From: Bugula neritina
Lineage: Eukaryota; Animalia; Bryozoa
Assembly: GCA_964035545.1 (NCBI GenBank)
Contig: OZ037772.1
Span: forward strand, 3,997,538 to 4,061,537
DNA: 64,000 bases
Direction: 5' to 3'
Of this stretch, positions 46,903-60,858 are shown piece by piece (within the stretch, counting starts at the first letter, position 1; each line of letters starts with the position of its first letter). Below the pieces are notes generated by a model that saw nothing but the letters and a program-made list of their open reading frames with translations, searched no databases and had not been told where the DNA came from. A program made the translations under genes and the position numbers.

Positions 46903-47170
46903 TTATGGTTTGGATTGGCAATGTTATTACTGCATAAACAATATAATATGCGGTTCTATGTGTATTGTGAAACGGTTAGCACTCAGGTTACTATTCTATG
47001 AGACAAATTTGGGATTTGCTCCCCCAAAAGAATTGAAACTATAATATATATGTTTTGTATAATATGCATATCTATTTGATGATAATATTGAAGCAAGCAA
47101 AATTATAATAACAAAATATTACAAGACAAAGATTATCCTAGCGATCCTTTGAAATCTTGCTGTGTTTATA
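46903..47170 (+). repeat. ~270-bp dispersed repeat, copy 1 (copy 2 at ~59971-60241)
   Basis: Shared GGTTAGCACTCAGG...GAGACAAATTTGGGATTTGCTCCCCC...TTTGAAATCTTGCTGTGTT. Confidence 0.85.
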
Positions 47171-47597
47171 TTATACTGACAAAAATTATTAACTTACTAC
47201 GAGGTTTTTAGTCAAATAACAAGAGACTAAATCCAAAACTAATTTATAATTATTCTTAACATATGACAAGTATGAATGCTACAGCTGCTCTTGTACAATG
47301 TACTTGTACAGCTCTTACTCATCCTAGTATGTTTAACTGGCATAGCATCCTTGTCTTTCTAGGGACTCGGTACATCGTTGGAGTGCAGAGGTCATCTCCA
47401 ACAAAAGACTTTGAATTAAAGTGGATAAATAAAAGTAAGCGCTTGTAATGTTTTTCAGCTCTAATTGAAGTTCCCAAAATGTTATTGTTGGTAAGTTTCA
47501 GGCTCAAGAATAATCTTGTATTTTCTTATTAAAGAACAAAAAAAGAAAAAAAAAGAAAATAAGGGTCCTAAGTCGCGAAAACCAAAAGATAGCTATT

Positions 47598-47765
47598 CCA
47601 GAGGTGTGGACATATTCAAAAGTTTCAAATTTGGGGAAGGAAAATCTAAAGAAGTTCACAAGGATGTCCTAGAAAAATTTGACAACTTTTGTAAAAAGAC
47701 CTTCAAGAAAATAATCAAGAGACATCAACTGCTATCAATAGATGAGTATGTCACCAACTTACATT
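47598..47765 (+). mobile_element. Gypsy (Mag-like) gag fragment, paralogous to ~51828-52020
   Basis: RGVDIFKSFKFGEG...KIIKRHQLLSIDEYVTNLH is shared with the downstream gag relic. Confidence 0.75.
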
Positions 47766-47788
47766 GTTTATGAGCTTGATAGAGATAA

Positions 47789-48078
<290 letters not shown>

Positions 48079-49479
48079 AGTGTTGGCTCACAAGAGTTTC
48101 TCATCCTGAGCATTAAAGTAGGCATTATATTTGTGTGAATTTTATCCAAGTTATCATGTAGTTTTCTTATCATACAATACAACTTATTGGGATGTGGTAG
48201 TAGAAAAATATAAAAAAGATATTTTATTTTAGGAGGAAAAACTGAAAAGTAATCAAAACCGAAGATGAGGTCTAGCGGAATATTAAGATACTTCTCACAA
48301 CAAAGTAATTCGCAATGAAGGGTCAGAGGTCAAGCATACACCAAATCTAGCAAATTTATTATCTTCAACAGCCTCTCAATGAAACCATGCCATGCCTAGT
48401 TCATGCCATAGCAACGCACCACTGGCGGGGGGGGGGGGGGGGGAAGCATGACTAGCAGAGACTTAGCTATTATAAACTAGGTCAGGAGAACATAACTCTG
48501 AAAATATATATATAATTTAGTATGCCCACATGGAACTATAGAAGGAAATGTCAGCTAGAAGAGGAAGGAAATGGAGGTCAAGGCCAGCACCGCAATGTCA
48601 AGGTCAACTGGAAGAAAGTAGTTTTAGGTCACGACTTGTCATTCTCAATTATGGCGGCTAGTTTGAGCACACTTTTGGACTAGAAGAGGAAGGAGACGAG
48701 GAGACCACAGAACTCTCTGGGGAGGGAGGTAAAACACGCTTCAGCTACAAAGCAAAAGTTGAAAAGAGAAATAATTGGAAAAAGTTGAAATTTTACTCGA
48801 TTTGATCAAAAATGAACAGATATTAATAAAAACTTTTTGGATGCACATATTTGTCTTTTATCCAAGTTAAAATAAATCATATGTTCTGTTACCTAATTTA
48901 TTCATTGTTTGAACAGCATGCATCTAAGTAATGTAGAATAGTCATTTGGTGTAAACATTATATGTACCTAGAGTAAATTTTTATTAAGCACTCATGTTTT
49001 AGGTTTTCATATTATTTTGGTATGCTGCTATAAACTGCAAGATTGATTGTTAAATAAGTAATATGCTAATAGCTGCAGTAACTAATCTAAACTATCTAAA
49101 ATAATATTCCAATTTTATTTGATTTGGGACAAAAAACAGTAATAAAATCATTATTAGAGTTGATACAATAAAGTGATCTTTCATTTGTACTCAAATACTT
49201 GGCTTATTCTCTCTAACAAAGAGTATGTTCAGGCACTAGTTGCATTCATAACCCACAGTTTACTACAGTATCATGATTATATTAGCTAAGAATGCACCTG
49301 TGGTATTGTTTGGAGTTTACAGCTTTGACATCAAAGGGGCTTTACTAATTTACATTTGTTTGATCAATGAATCATAGCACTTACTATCATGCAGTCCAAA
49401 TTTCTGTTCTGCATGCATCTTCAAATGAGATTTAAATGTTCAATTAGAATTATTTATTTACTGTTTTGTTTATTTTTAG

Positions 49480-51353
49480 TTAGCAATGTTGAAAATATTG
49501 GAGAGGTATCATGCAGCTCAACAAGCCATGGAAGGTTTGTGTTGACACTTTGAAAATGTTTTATGGTTACAATTGGCATAACATACAATTACATTAATGT
49601 GATGATGATTGTATTAAATTATCAGTATGACAAGACACTTTTATCTATGATATTTTTCCTGTTTTAAAGTACAAGAAATAGATGAAAATAACAGCTCCAG
49701 CGCCGGACCAGCTGATCCTATTGAAGCACTCAAGAAAGACATATAGAAGGTGCTTAGTAATGTACTATAATCAAATTTCTGTATTTATACAAGTTTTCAG
49801 CCAAAGAGTTGCAATCACATGTTCTCCTGTAGTTTTCAAAACAAAAGGATGCTTTTGTTGAGCAGAGTCTTGAGCTTGGTGACTTGACGAAATTGCTTTG
49901 GTCTTAGATAAGTCACAAAAGCATTCATTTGTAGTTAATCTAAATACTAATATAAGACAGTTATAAACTAGATCTTAGTTTTAGGTCATATATAGTATGA
50001 AATTTTACAGACATGAAGAAACAACTAAAGGAGGTGCTGGATGGGCAGAAAAAACTGATGGCTATAATCACTGATAGCCATAGTGGCAAAGACAATATAA
50101 CTGAGCAGCTGGAGGAGCCGCTAAAAACAATACAAGAGTTTGAATCTCTTGAAGAGCTTCTCCAATCCTCAAGAGAAAAACGTTCTGCTCTGGTACATAG
50201 TATACTACTATATAATATAGATTGTATATAGCTAGTTTAAAGACTTTTGGTGTATAACATGCAATATATAACATCCTGGCGTAGTTGATATTAGAATACA
50301 ATTTCTAGTGAACTATAGATTTTCAAGCTATAAACTGTGTTTCTCTTATGGAATGTTTCTCATTAAAGTGTTAGAAAAAATATTCGCCCCACTGCAATAA
50401 CACATTGAATGTATTCATGTAAAGTCATGCTATGAAATATAGGTGCATTAATGTTGTAGACAAAGTTTCTTTTCCAACTGGGGGAAAAAACTGCGCAGAT
50501 ATGGTGAAAAGAGCCATGAGAAGAATTGGCACCAATGGGCTGTGGAGCCAATTCAGTATAAAGGGCAAAGCCCATAAACAACATACAAAGCTGTCTCTAA
50601 AAAAACTGCAGCTTATAAATGCATACTCAGTAAGTCATATAAATTAATCTCGTTTATTTCATCATAATTAGTTTCACTTCGCTTGTTTTTCAGAAGTAAT
50701 TTCAAAGGTTACAGAAGTAAAGTTATAAGCTAAATTTACTTTGATTAAAAAGACATACAGTCAGCATATTTTTTGTTTCATATTAGCTCACAGTTGTTAA
50801 TATAAATTTGTTTTAAAAATGTTTGGCTATTTTATCTTCTTACTTGAACATGCAATACAGTCTGTATTTTGGGAGATAATATAATATTGAAATAAAATCT
50901 GTATCAAAACTTATCAAATCTCTGGGGCTGCATCAGCAGTTAAAATAGTTGTTGAGTTGTTGATTTTAGAATAATTGCTCATTTAAAAATTTACTGCGTT
51001 CACTAAGTTTTACTTTCTAATTATATTTCAGAAGCTCTGCTGAAAAGTAAAAATAATAAAGAAATAGATATAGAGATTGAAGTATCGCTATTTTTGTGGC
51101 AGTGCCCTTATCAACTGGGAGGAGATAAGTATAAAAAGACAAGTTTGCAAGATGAGGTAAAGCTATACGATTATTGCAGTGTATGAAAACCATTCATGCA
51201 ACGTAATGTTTATGGAACGTTGGTGAAACGTTTTGCGATAAACATTTGTTTTAAACGTTGTATTTAGTACAAAAATGTGTCGACATTTAAACGTTTATTA
51301 AACATTTTTCCCAACGTTTATACAACGTCATATCAATGTAAATTGTTAGTGGG
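49480..51353 (+). mobile_element. EnSpm/CACTA remnant: spliced DUF4806-like accessory gene plus right terminus
   Basis: Exon-like segments PLKTIQEFESLEELLQSSREKRSAL (50012-50192), GGKNCADMVKRAMRRIGTNGLWSQFSIKGK (50460-50629) and EVSLFLWQCPYQLGG (51033-51157). Subterminal AACGTT repeats at 51200-51330 end in TGTTAGTGGG. Left end not found. Confidence 0.7.
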
Positions 51354-51355
51354 GT

Positions 51356-51552
51356 GATTGCTAAAGAACTAAGAGGATATTTTGATGGCTCTATAACTGA
51401 ACCTGAAGAATCAGCTAGTGCTATACTAGACTGACTATACAAAGATATTAAGCAAGGCTATGTCAATTATTGTACTCGCGTTAATTTGCTATATCTCATA
51501 ACCAGCTGCACAAAACCAAAGCAAGCATGGGGCACTTTACAAAAACACAGAA
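51356..51552 (+). mobile_element. Ty1/Copia gag fragment
   Basis: IAKELRGYFDGSITEP...KAMSIIVLA...LYLITSCTKPKQAWGTLQKH with stops and frameshifts resembles Copia UBN2-type gag. Confidence 0.6.
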
Positions 51553-51685
51553 CCAGAAAGCAAGTCAGGAAACTGACAGTGCCTTCCTCCTATCAAAAAG
51601 GGAGACAACCAACTACTAACCAAAAAAAATACTTAAACGGACACTTCATCTAAATTTGTCAAAATGAAAAATAGTTGTTGTAAAC

Positions 51686-52443
51686 ATGACAACTGCACAA
51701 GATGGTGCAGAGTTGTCCACCCAATGGTCCTGCTTCAAGGAAGAGTTCAACTATTATCTAATAGCCTCAGAAAAATCTGATAAAGAGGATAAAATAAAAA
51801 TGGCCATTCTAATGCAGACCATTAGACCGAGAGGTGTAGACATATTCAAAAGTTTCAAGTTTGGGGAAGGAGAATATAAAGATGTTTACAAGGATGTCCT
51901 ATATAGGAAAATTTAACAACTTTTGTAAAAAGACCTCCAACAAAATAATCAAAAGACATCAACTGCTATCGACAAAACAGGAATGCTTATCAATAGATGA
52001 GTATGTCACCAACTTACATAGGATCACCAGAAAATGTGACCTTGGTGACATGTATGATGACTTATTTATGCAGGCCTTTCTTCTCGGCATCAACGACACG
52101 GACAACTTTGGAGAAAATTATTCGAGGAGTCAGAAAACATAAACCTCAAAAAAGCTATTAAAAGTGCAAAGTGGCTGAGAGCTCTCAGAGTGATATGAAG
52201 ACTATTAAAGCGGAAGGAGAATCAATTCATACACTTGGTCTCAAGGCCACTAAAACAAACAAAAGTGCCGAACTGTACTTACTCACAACTGACAAGGAAG
52301 CGAATAATCCTGCCAAGTCTATAACTGTGGAAACTGTGGCAACTCTCATCCTCTCGAAAATGCTTACGGTAAACAGTGTAGTAACTGCAAAAAATCCAAC
52401 CACTTCAGAGCAGTCTGCAGATCCAGGAAAAACAGCAGAATAA
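51686..52443 (+). mobile_element. Degenerate Gypsy (Mag-like) gag
   Basis: QWSCFKEEFNYYLIASEKSDKEDKIKMAILM...SIDEYVTNL...CDLG...CGNCGNSH...AYGKQCSNCKKSNHFRAVCRS, with frameshifts. Confidence 0.8.
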
Positions 52444-55400
52444 ATGCAGGCACTGGACACATAGCTAAAACATTAAAGCTTTAACTGCAATTTTTTTACC
52501 TTTTTTAGGTTAAATGCAATAAAAAGAAGTGCAGTGTCAAATATACATGTAGCTTCAAGTAGACTTGCACTCATGGCAACTGAAATTCATGGACACTAAT
52601 AGTTCTATACTCAAAATACGTGCAGATAAGTCAGTAATAAGTCTAAAGTTGTGTTTATACCTCTCCTGAACAAAGTATTTATGTTTCAGTTAATAACACT
52701 CTTCAGAGTACACCCTTATATAGTCTTACTGAAACTCGGTGACATTTCAACTTGAATTTATTTGCTGACTAAAAATTTGGAAGGTATAAATGCAACTTAG
52801 CAAATATTACCTAAAAACTCCATCTAATAAAATAGTTGTGAAGTTTTAGCTACATGCAACATTTTAATATGCAAAATTACAATCACTCACCCTAGTGCTT
52901 ACTAATCACAAAACCTGGTTTGATAACCGAGAATTTTAAATAACAATTCATTTCATCAAGATTAGCATTAAAGTAAATTTTTTATGGCATTCTCACCAAA
53001 TAAAGATTCGCTGTCATTGTCCAACTTTGCTCTTTTAATCAAATTATTAAAAGCACTTTGAACGATAGAAGCTGAGTCTACAAAAGAAGGGAGATGCATG
53101 TAAAGACAATTTAATATCGGAGTGTTATTCCGTGCATTTAATCCAAAAATGTTAATAAAAAAAACTGAAGGCTCTTGAGTGTGTGTTACAAAAATGTTAT
53201 ATAAAGCCTGAGATCATGCTTTAAAACACTTTAAATATTGCATAATATATATTAAATCAAATAAGTACAAGATCAAAATATATATCGATACTATAATTTA
53301 TTATACATGAAGTGCTAGCATAATGTAGCTAATATTTTATATTTTGATAAGCCATAAGTGATCATTATAATTTTAAACAATGTATATGTTTGCAGTCTAA
53401 ATACAATAAATAGATAGCTGTTGTCCATATTTTCAATGCAAGCTGATTAAAAATTGCCAGTGCAGAGTGTGACAGCCGATACTAGTTGCTGTATCAGCTG
53501 ATAATTGTTGCTGCGTCAGCACGGGTGCTGTTTGGCACGGATGCCTATGTATTATGATTCACTTAACAAAGGGTGAATGGATTGAGGACACAGATGCAGG
53601 CCGCAGCTCTATTTTTTGTTTATTGCCAAAAGTATATTTTCTAAGTTAGACTTAGACAAGAACTCATACTGATACTCATACTGTAACCTATAACCATGAG
53701 AATTACAAACATCATGTTAACTCAACATTAATTACACAGCTGACAAAACATTTAGTTAATGAAGTTCAAAACAAAAAATAATATAAAACTTGATACTCAC
53801 AATTAAGTATAGATTGCCTGCATCTTTAGCAGGAGGAAAATTGAGCTACACTGACTCATTGAATAAAAATAGCTAGCAAATAGCTATAGCGAAAGCTTTC
53901 ACAAATGGCTTTCATTTCACAATGGTTTTTGGAAAGCTGCCAAAACTCCTGCAACACGGAGATCTATATGGCCTTCAAAGCTGTTAAAATATATTTTATA
54001 AAGTTCCAATCACCATTAAAACAAAGTTTGAGTATAGTAGGCAAAAGAAGTTAGTTATATAGTTTTTAAAAGTACTATGGTTTCCCAGCAAGTTTTACCT
54101 TGCTGAAATGTAACTTTCCAGTGTCAGAATAGCAGGTTTAACAAAATTTCTTATTTATATACTGCTATAATAGTAACAAAGAAAATTATCTGTTCCTGCA
54201 ATTACTTCTACTAAGGTCTGGAGGGAGACTGCATCCCTATAACTATGCAAAAGATAATAGACCCTTTGTAGTTCTGGGCCAAGTTTCTTTTCATCTTCAT
54301 AATAATCAGGAAGCTTAAGTAAGCTTAAAAGTTTTTAATTTACCAAAAATGGCTGCCAAGAGTTGAACTTTAGTTTGAAACTTATAAAAAAATCCTAGAA
54401 TTTCCTATTTGGCCGCAACTTCAAAAGCACTGTCACAATTATAAATTCTTTTGAAGAAGTTTACCCCCAAATACTGTACAATAAAGAAAAATTTTCAAGC
54501 CAGCTGTTCTATTTTTCTTAGTTTTGTGTTATCTCAGTACATGCAAAGTTTATAGTCTCTATGAGAGACCTTCTTCAACTGACTGAGCATAATAGCTGAA
54601 AATTTTGTCTGCTGTCACTACAACGGGAACTTTTATAATAGGAGATGTTAAGAAATGCTTGCAGTTTACTTTTGCGACTATAAATATTAGACCCTGTAGC
54701 ATATAAGATACACCAAGTTTCGTTCACAATAAACCTAATGGGAATCAAGAGATAATAAATTCAAACTTATCAACACATATTATTGAAAACTATTTATACA
54801 TGTCTTACTCTTTTTTGTGTAGGTAGTCAAATTATATGACTAGCAAAAAATTTAGATTTTGAACAATATTTTTTCTAGCTGCATTACTTTACTTGAAAAA
54901 ATTTCAAAACAGGGAAACCAATTCAGCAACTAGTTCTAAAGTTTGAAAAAGGCATGTAGCACCAGTGCTACACTGGTCGTCTGTCTCTAAGAGTAACAAT
55001 TCAGTTTAATTCCAATTGGCAACTCCCCTCCATATAAACTCCAAACAATATATTCTACTTGAACTGCTATATTTAAAAACATAAGAAAATAAAGATCATA
55101 CTTTTTATAAATAGTATGTATAGTAACTTTCATAAAATAAGCAAGCGCTTTGCGGGGAATATTTTGTTGCATGCAATTAATAGAAACTGGGGGGAACCCT
55201 GAGTATGTCTTGTGTAAACACAGTTGGAGCAAATACACCAGTTAACTGTAGAATGGCTAAATATTTGCAGCTATAACACCTCTAAACAAATCAACTAAAA
55301 AGTAGACATGAATGTGGACATTGTAGCTATTTGGTTATAATTAGTATAATAGCTAAGCTGTGAATTTGCTCTTATCCTTACTAATTGACAGACAAAGTAA

Positions 55401-58400
55401 GAATTTAAAAGTAAGAATTTAAAGAATAAAATCTTTTAATAACCTCATACCCCAATACATTAGGCCAGGAACTACGACAAATTAAAACAAATGATGGGTG
55501 TCTTTAATTTGCCTATAACTTTTTTGCAGCTACTTACATTTTTCTTTCATATATTGAAGAAGACACAACCATTTAGTTTAGAATTAGCAAAAGCTAGCAA
55601 CTGTAAGACATGTTATAGTATTTATCAAGTAGCTAACCTATTACACAGGAAACTTGACAAATAAAATTTTCTGCTTCAGCAAGAGAAGTTTAAGTTTTTT
55701 ACCACCATGTCTCATTAAATGCTTAAATATTTTATGTGTATAAACACCTAAAGTAAGTTTGTGATTTGAAATTACTGGCAAAAGGTTATATTCAACTAAT
55801 TGACTATTGCCTATCTTGGCCTGGGCCAAGGCTAAACAACTTAAATAACTACTAAAAGTTTGTGGAGAACTCGAGCAGCTGACAAATTAAGTAATTTTAG
55901 AGGTAACGGTTTTCATTATAAATTAGTTAATAACAGGTTCCAACCTTAAAGAGATACACAGAGGGCTACATAAGGGCAATGACAACTACAATAAGTATAA
56001 CATAGGACATGTAGTTTGAAGTAAATCTGATGGCAATTCCCCAAGAATCAATATTGTACTAAACAAATGTAAACTTTGAACACATCTCTTTAACTTGCTG
56101 AAACTGCATACCAGCAAGAAATCTTTTAACGAAGATAAATTGCATTTTGTAAAACTGTTTGATGTTGCCGTGCAGCTCTGGCTGAATAAGGAAACATAGA
56201 GCAAGCTATTTTTGTAAAACTAATCATCGATAAAGTACAGAACAAGTCATGAAAAGTTGTATAATTTTGTATTTTATGCCGAAAAAAGTTTTCTTCAGTC
56301 AAATTATTATTTTAGTTTTTAAAAAAACAACTGCTATTTTGACTCTAATAGTTTCACTTGAAGCTTTCCTGCAGTGTAGCACTGCTTGTTCTATCCATTC
56401 AGTCAGTTACTTAATTGTTACTTAAAGTCAGTCAACAACTAAAGTTACTAGTCTGTAGGCTGTTCTATTTACTCTAGGACCTAGGCTTTAAAAATGAAGA
56501 ACTTCATTCTCCACCATCTAACACTTGTAACCTATTGATGGTCCAGGGTGCTTTGCTTGCCATACTCTGGCTTACAGACAGAGAATTAAAATTGCTTTTT
56601 ATTACTGGGTACCTGTTATATTTTGCTCTTACAAGATAAATAAGTTTTAAAATATGCTAAAAGTATAAAAAGTATAAAAACATTTTTAATGGTAGCACCA
56701 TACATTGTTGTCCAGTTCGTATCTCTATCCTAATATTTTGCGTTATTATTATTGTTATCAATTTGTGAAAAGAGGTACTGAAAGAGCTTTTTATGAAACT
56801 TTGAAACATTTACCCCATACACAATAGTTTTGGAAAACAATAGAAAAAAAAGTTCAATAAAATATTACTAAAATACCAGGAAAGTCTTGCTGATGTTTAT
56901 AAAGCATGCATTAAACATTCTGTATTTCAATGGACGATGTCTTACACATTGTAGAAGAAAAGTTATGTCTACTTGCCTTAGTTTACAAGGCTATAGCATA
57001 ATGGTAGTAGTAGACTGATACTCAAACAAGAAAATTAGGAAGAAATTTGGTGCTTGTCATAAATATTATGTTAATTCGTCTCTCTAGCATTAGGACAAAA
57101 AGCGAGATAAACCAGTTGCCTATATTGTGAGATTGTGCAGAAACTGCTATATATACTATAGCTTACAAATTGTTGAGTGCCAATATTTAAATTATCAATA
57201 TATTTATGCCAGGTAAGGCCAGTAAGAAAATTTAGTTTACCAGTGCATAGTAACTTATATATTTTGACTGCTAGAAAGTTCAACTGCATTAACAAATAAG
57301 CCTCCTTATGCTGTGTAAGATTAAATAAAAAGTACATAAAAGCAGTAACAAAGACAAGTTCTGAAATGTCTGCTCTTGCAAACAAAATGCCCAATTGCTA
57401 AGTGTTGGAAGCAGTTTCGAAGAAGCTTGTATATTATACCACTAATTGTTAACATTCAATCTATAAGTTACTGCTAAAAATTGAAAAAAAATTCAAGGCA
57501 CATTCAGAAGCTTGCTAATATATTTCTTTTAAAGCTGCAATTAAAGAGTAATTTGTAGTGTAACGGCTGGATTTCTAGCCTACAAAAAGTTTCAATTGCT
57601 TATAAAAGGGGAGACAACAGACGTGCCTCACCTGCCTGCATGCCACAGACGTGTGTCACTTGCAGTAAATGGTAAATAATATTATAATGAGTGTTAATGA
57701 GAGATGAGCTCCATTACATATGAATGTTATTAATTACATTTAATTAGGTTTTCACAAGGGATAAATAGAAGTTATAAAATCTTACTCCTGGGGTCCAACT
57801 ATGTGAGGCAATTTTAACATTGGCAAATCTCCTTTGTTCTCAGCAGTGATTACTAGTAGATACAATACTGCATTGAATTATTCTGAACTTGTTTAATTAA
57901 ATACTTGGTATGGTAGAACAAGTATGAATTTTGTTTTAAGATTTAAACTTTGAAATATAATAGATATGCAATTCTAAAACCCGATTCCATTTCTAGATGT
58001 GTCATATATGTTCTACAATTACAGTTTTATACATATGTAACAAATTACATTCAATTACTTGAAAAAAAATTAATTGATCACAACTAATTACAAATTACAA
58101 TTTCTCAAACCCTGGTGGTAATGGTTAATAACTGGCAGACTCAAATATCCTGTGTGCAGAAGTTTTTAGGGTTAGGTATTGATAATATTTAAAAATATTT
58201 TTAATTTGTTTTTTCATATTTCTAATTTTGTCCCCAAAATTTGAGGGCTGAGAGTATGAAAGCTGTTGAAGGTGAATGGAATATTCTTAACTTTCTGAAC
58301 TGAATTATCCTGCATGTACTGCACAATTTGTTAGATATTTTCCCAGAGTATACAGGTATAACTGCTTGATTATCTCTCCACTTTGTCACTCAAACCTCCT

Positions 58401-59481
58401 TCAGAGCTCATCAGCACTTGCCTATTATACTAGCAGATCTGTCTATAAATATGAATTTTAGCCCAAGTAGAGTTAGCTAGCAAAACAGGCATGTAAATGT
58501 TGTATACAAGGGCTTTAGATGTCTTGAGTATGGGTTTGTCTATTAGTTATTTTCTTTTTTACGAAAGAAGATTCTAGTGAGCTAACTGTTTGGTGACTTT
58601 CTCTCTAAGAATCAATAAGAATATTTTGGTCATGAATCACTCATTTTATATCTCAGTTTTTTTTATATGTTGGAAATAAAGATTAAATTGGCTCTCTATA
58701 GTTAACATAGTAGTTTATTTAGTGGTAAATGAGCATCATACTCTACTTATGCACCAGAATTGGTCACAAGTTTTGAGAAGGTGAAGTGAAAACTTCATAT
58801 ATACTACTAGCTGTAGTAAGACAAAACTACTGCTACTGTTGCAGGCACACTCAGCTCTCATGTGCCTCACAGACATCTCAAACATAAAACAGTGAACCAG
58901 CGTACGATGCTGAGGGAGACAACTCTCGAGTCTCTCCATCTATTCCTCACTACCTCTCGCACGCTGCTCAGCACAAGGTCACACAGGTGTGAGCCATCAC
59001 TTCCAGTGCCAACTTAACATAATATCCTTTTCATTCGTCAGCCAATCAGATCAGCTCAAGTGATGCACCAATAATATATCACATTGTTGACTTGAGAAAG
59101 CAGGTGCTACAGCAGGAGCCCTGTACCATCACTGGGCAATCTGTCATGAGCTCACGGGTTTCCTCTTGCACTGCTATGTGTAAAGTAACAGTCTTCTTTT
59201 ATACAATATTAAGCTGTTAGTTCAGCATATAACTTGTCTCTATGGTTTTATATTTTAGTTTATAAGACCGTGCCTCTCATGTGTTATTGATCCATTTATT
59301 GCAAGACATAATAACCTGTACACCTTTTGTTTTGAGTATATTATTACAAGAACAAGTTGTGTTTTTGATTGCATTTCATTTGACTTATTTATAAATTCAA
59401 CAATAAATACCAATTGGTGCCATGTTAATGATGTCGAGCTTCCTTGTAAGTCTTCTTGTCTGTAAAGGAAAAAAATGATAA

Positions 59482-59484
<3 letters not shown>

Positions 59485-59573
<89 letters not shown>

Positions 59574-59600
59574 TATATATATATTATATATATATATATA
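59485..59600. repeat. (TA)n microsatellite
   Basis: Direct reading. Confidence 0.95.
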
Positions 59601-60384
59601 ATAATAATTGTATCGTGAGATTTTTAAAAAACAGCGATAAAAAAGTGCTCAAATTATTATGTGTATAATAATGAGCAATTATATTATTGAGGAAAAGAGC
59701 AATTTAATTATATAGATGTTGTTTTATTGTACTACTAATAGTGTCGAACAAAAATTTAAAAAATAATTATTTTAATTATTAAAAATAAACTTTGCAATTT
59801 ATAATTTATAACTGAATTAAATAATTGAATCGGATTAAATTGAACCTCTGGTTTAGTCAGATTGGTCAGTTAAAATGAAGCGAAGTTACTTATTAGCTTT
59901 TAGTTTCAAAATTTCTATATAATTTGCAATTGATTAATCAAAAACAAGAGTTATCTTTGCTCGACAAATATTATGGTTTGGAAATCATGTAGTAATGTAT
60001 ATATGTGGTTCTATGTATATTGTGTAATGGTTAGCACTCAGGCTAATATTCTGTGAGACAAATTTGGGATTTGCTCCCCCAGAAGAATTGAAATTATAAT
60101 ATATATGAGTTGTATAATATGTATATCTATTTGATAATAATATTGAAGCAAGCAAATTACAATAATAAAATATTACAAGAAATTAGCCAAACTAAAACAA
60201 AGATTGTCCTAGCGACCCTTTGAAATCTTGCTGTGTTATACTAGCAACAGAAATAGCTAAGTTTGACAATTGGGATAGAAAGGCTTATACGAAATTGAAT
60301 ACACAATGAGAATTGCAAGTAAAACATCAATATTAAAATATATGCTTTAACATAAACTCATACAGCCTTGAAATAAATTCTTCA

Positions 60385-60858
60385 ATATAAATTAGTGCAG
60401 CTTTAGAATTCAAATATTTTTTCAATGTAAATTTGTGTAGACTAGAAACAAATTTCTCAATTCAAATATAAATTTATGCAGCTTTTTTTTTTTTTTTAAA
60501 AAAATTCAAATACTTTCTCAATCCAAATATTTCTCAAATATAGATTTGTGTAGACTAGAGACAAATTTCTCAATTCAAATATTTCTCAAATATAAATCTG
60601 TGCAGCTTTGACATAAATTTTCTCAATTCAAATGTTTCTCAAATATAAATCTGTGCAGCTTTGACATAAATTTTCTCAATTCAAATGTTTCTCAAATAAA
60701 TTTGTGCTGCTTCAGAATCAATAAATCAAATCAACAGATTTCTTAAAATAAATTTGTGCTGCTTCAGAATCAATAAATCAAATCAACAATTTGTGCTGCT
60801 TCAGAATCAATAAATCAAATCAATAATTTCTTAAAATAAATTTGTGCTGCTTCAGAAT
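60385..60858. repeat. Degenerate tandem array of ~35-55-bp units built on AATTTGTGCAGCT / TTTCTCAATTCAAAT
   Basis: Two to three adjacent subfamilies of repeat units. Confidence 0.8.

Noticed and set aside
57590-59180. Promoter/enhancer-like patches (TATAAAA, CACCTG, TAAT clusters, CCAAT) and a 67-aa ORF at 58736-58939
   Set aside because: Short motifs are expected by chance and no linked gene can be identified in the window.
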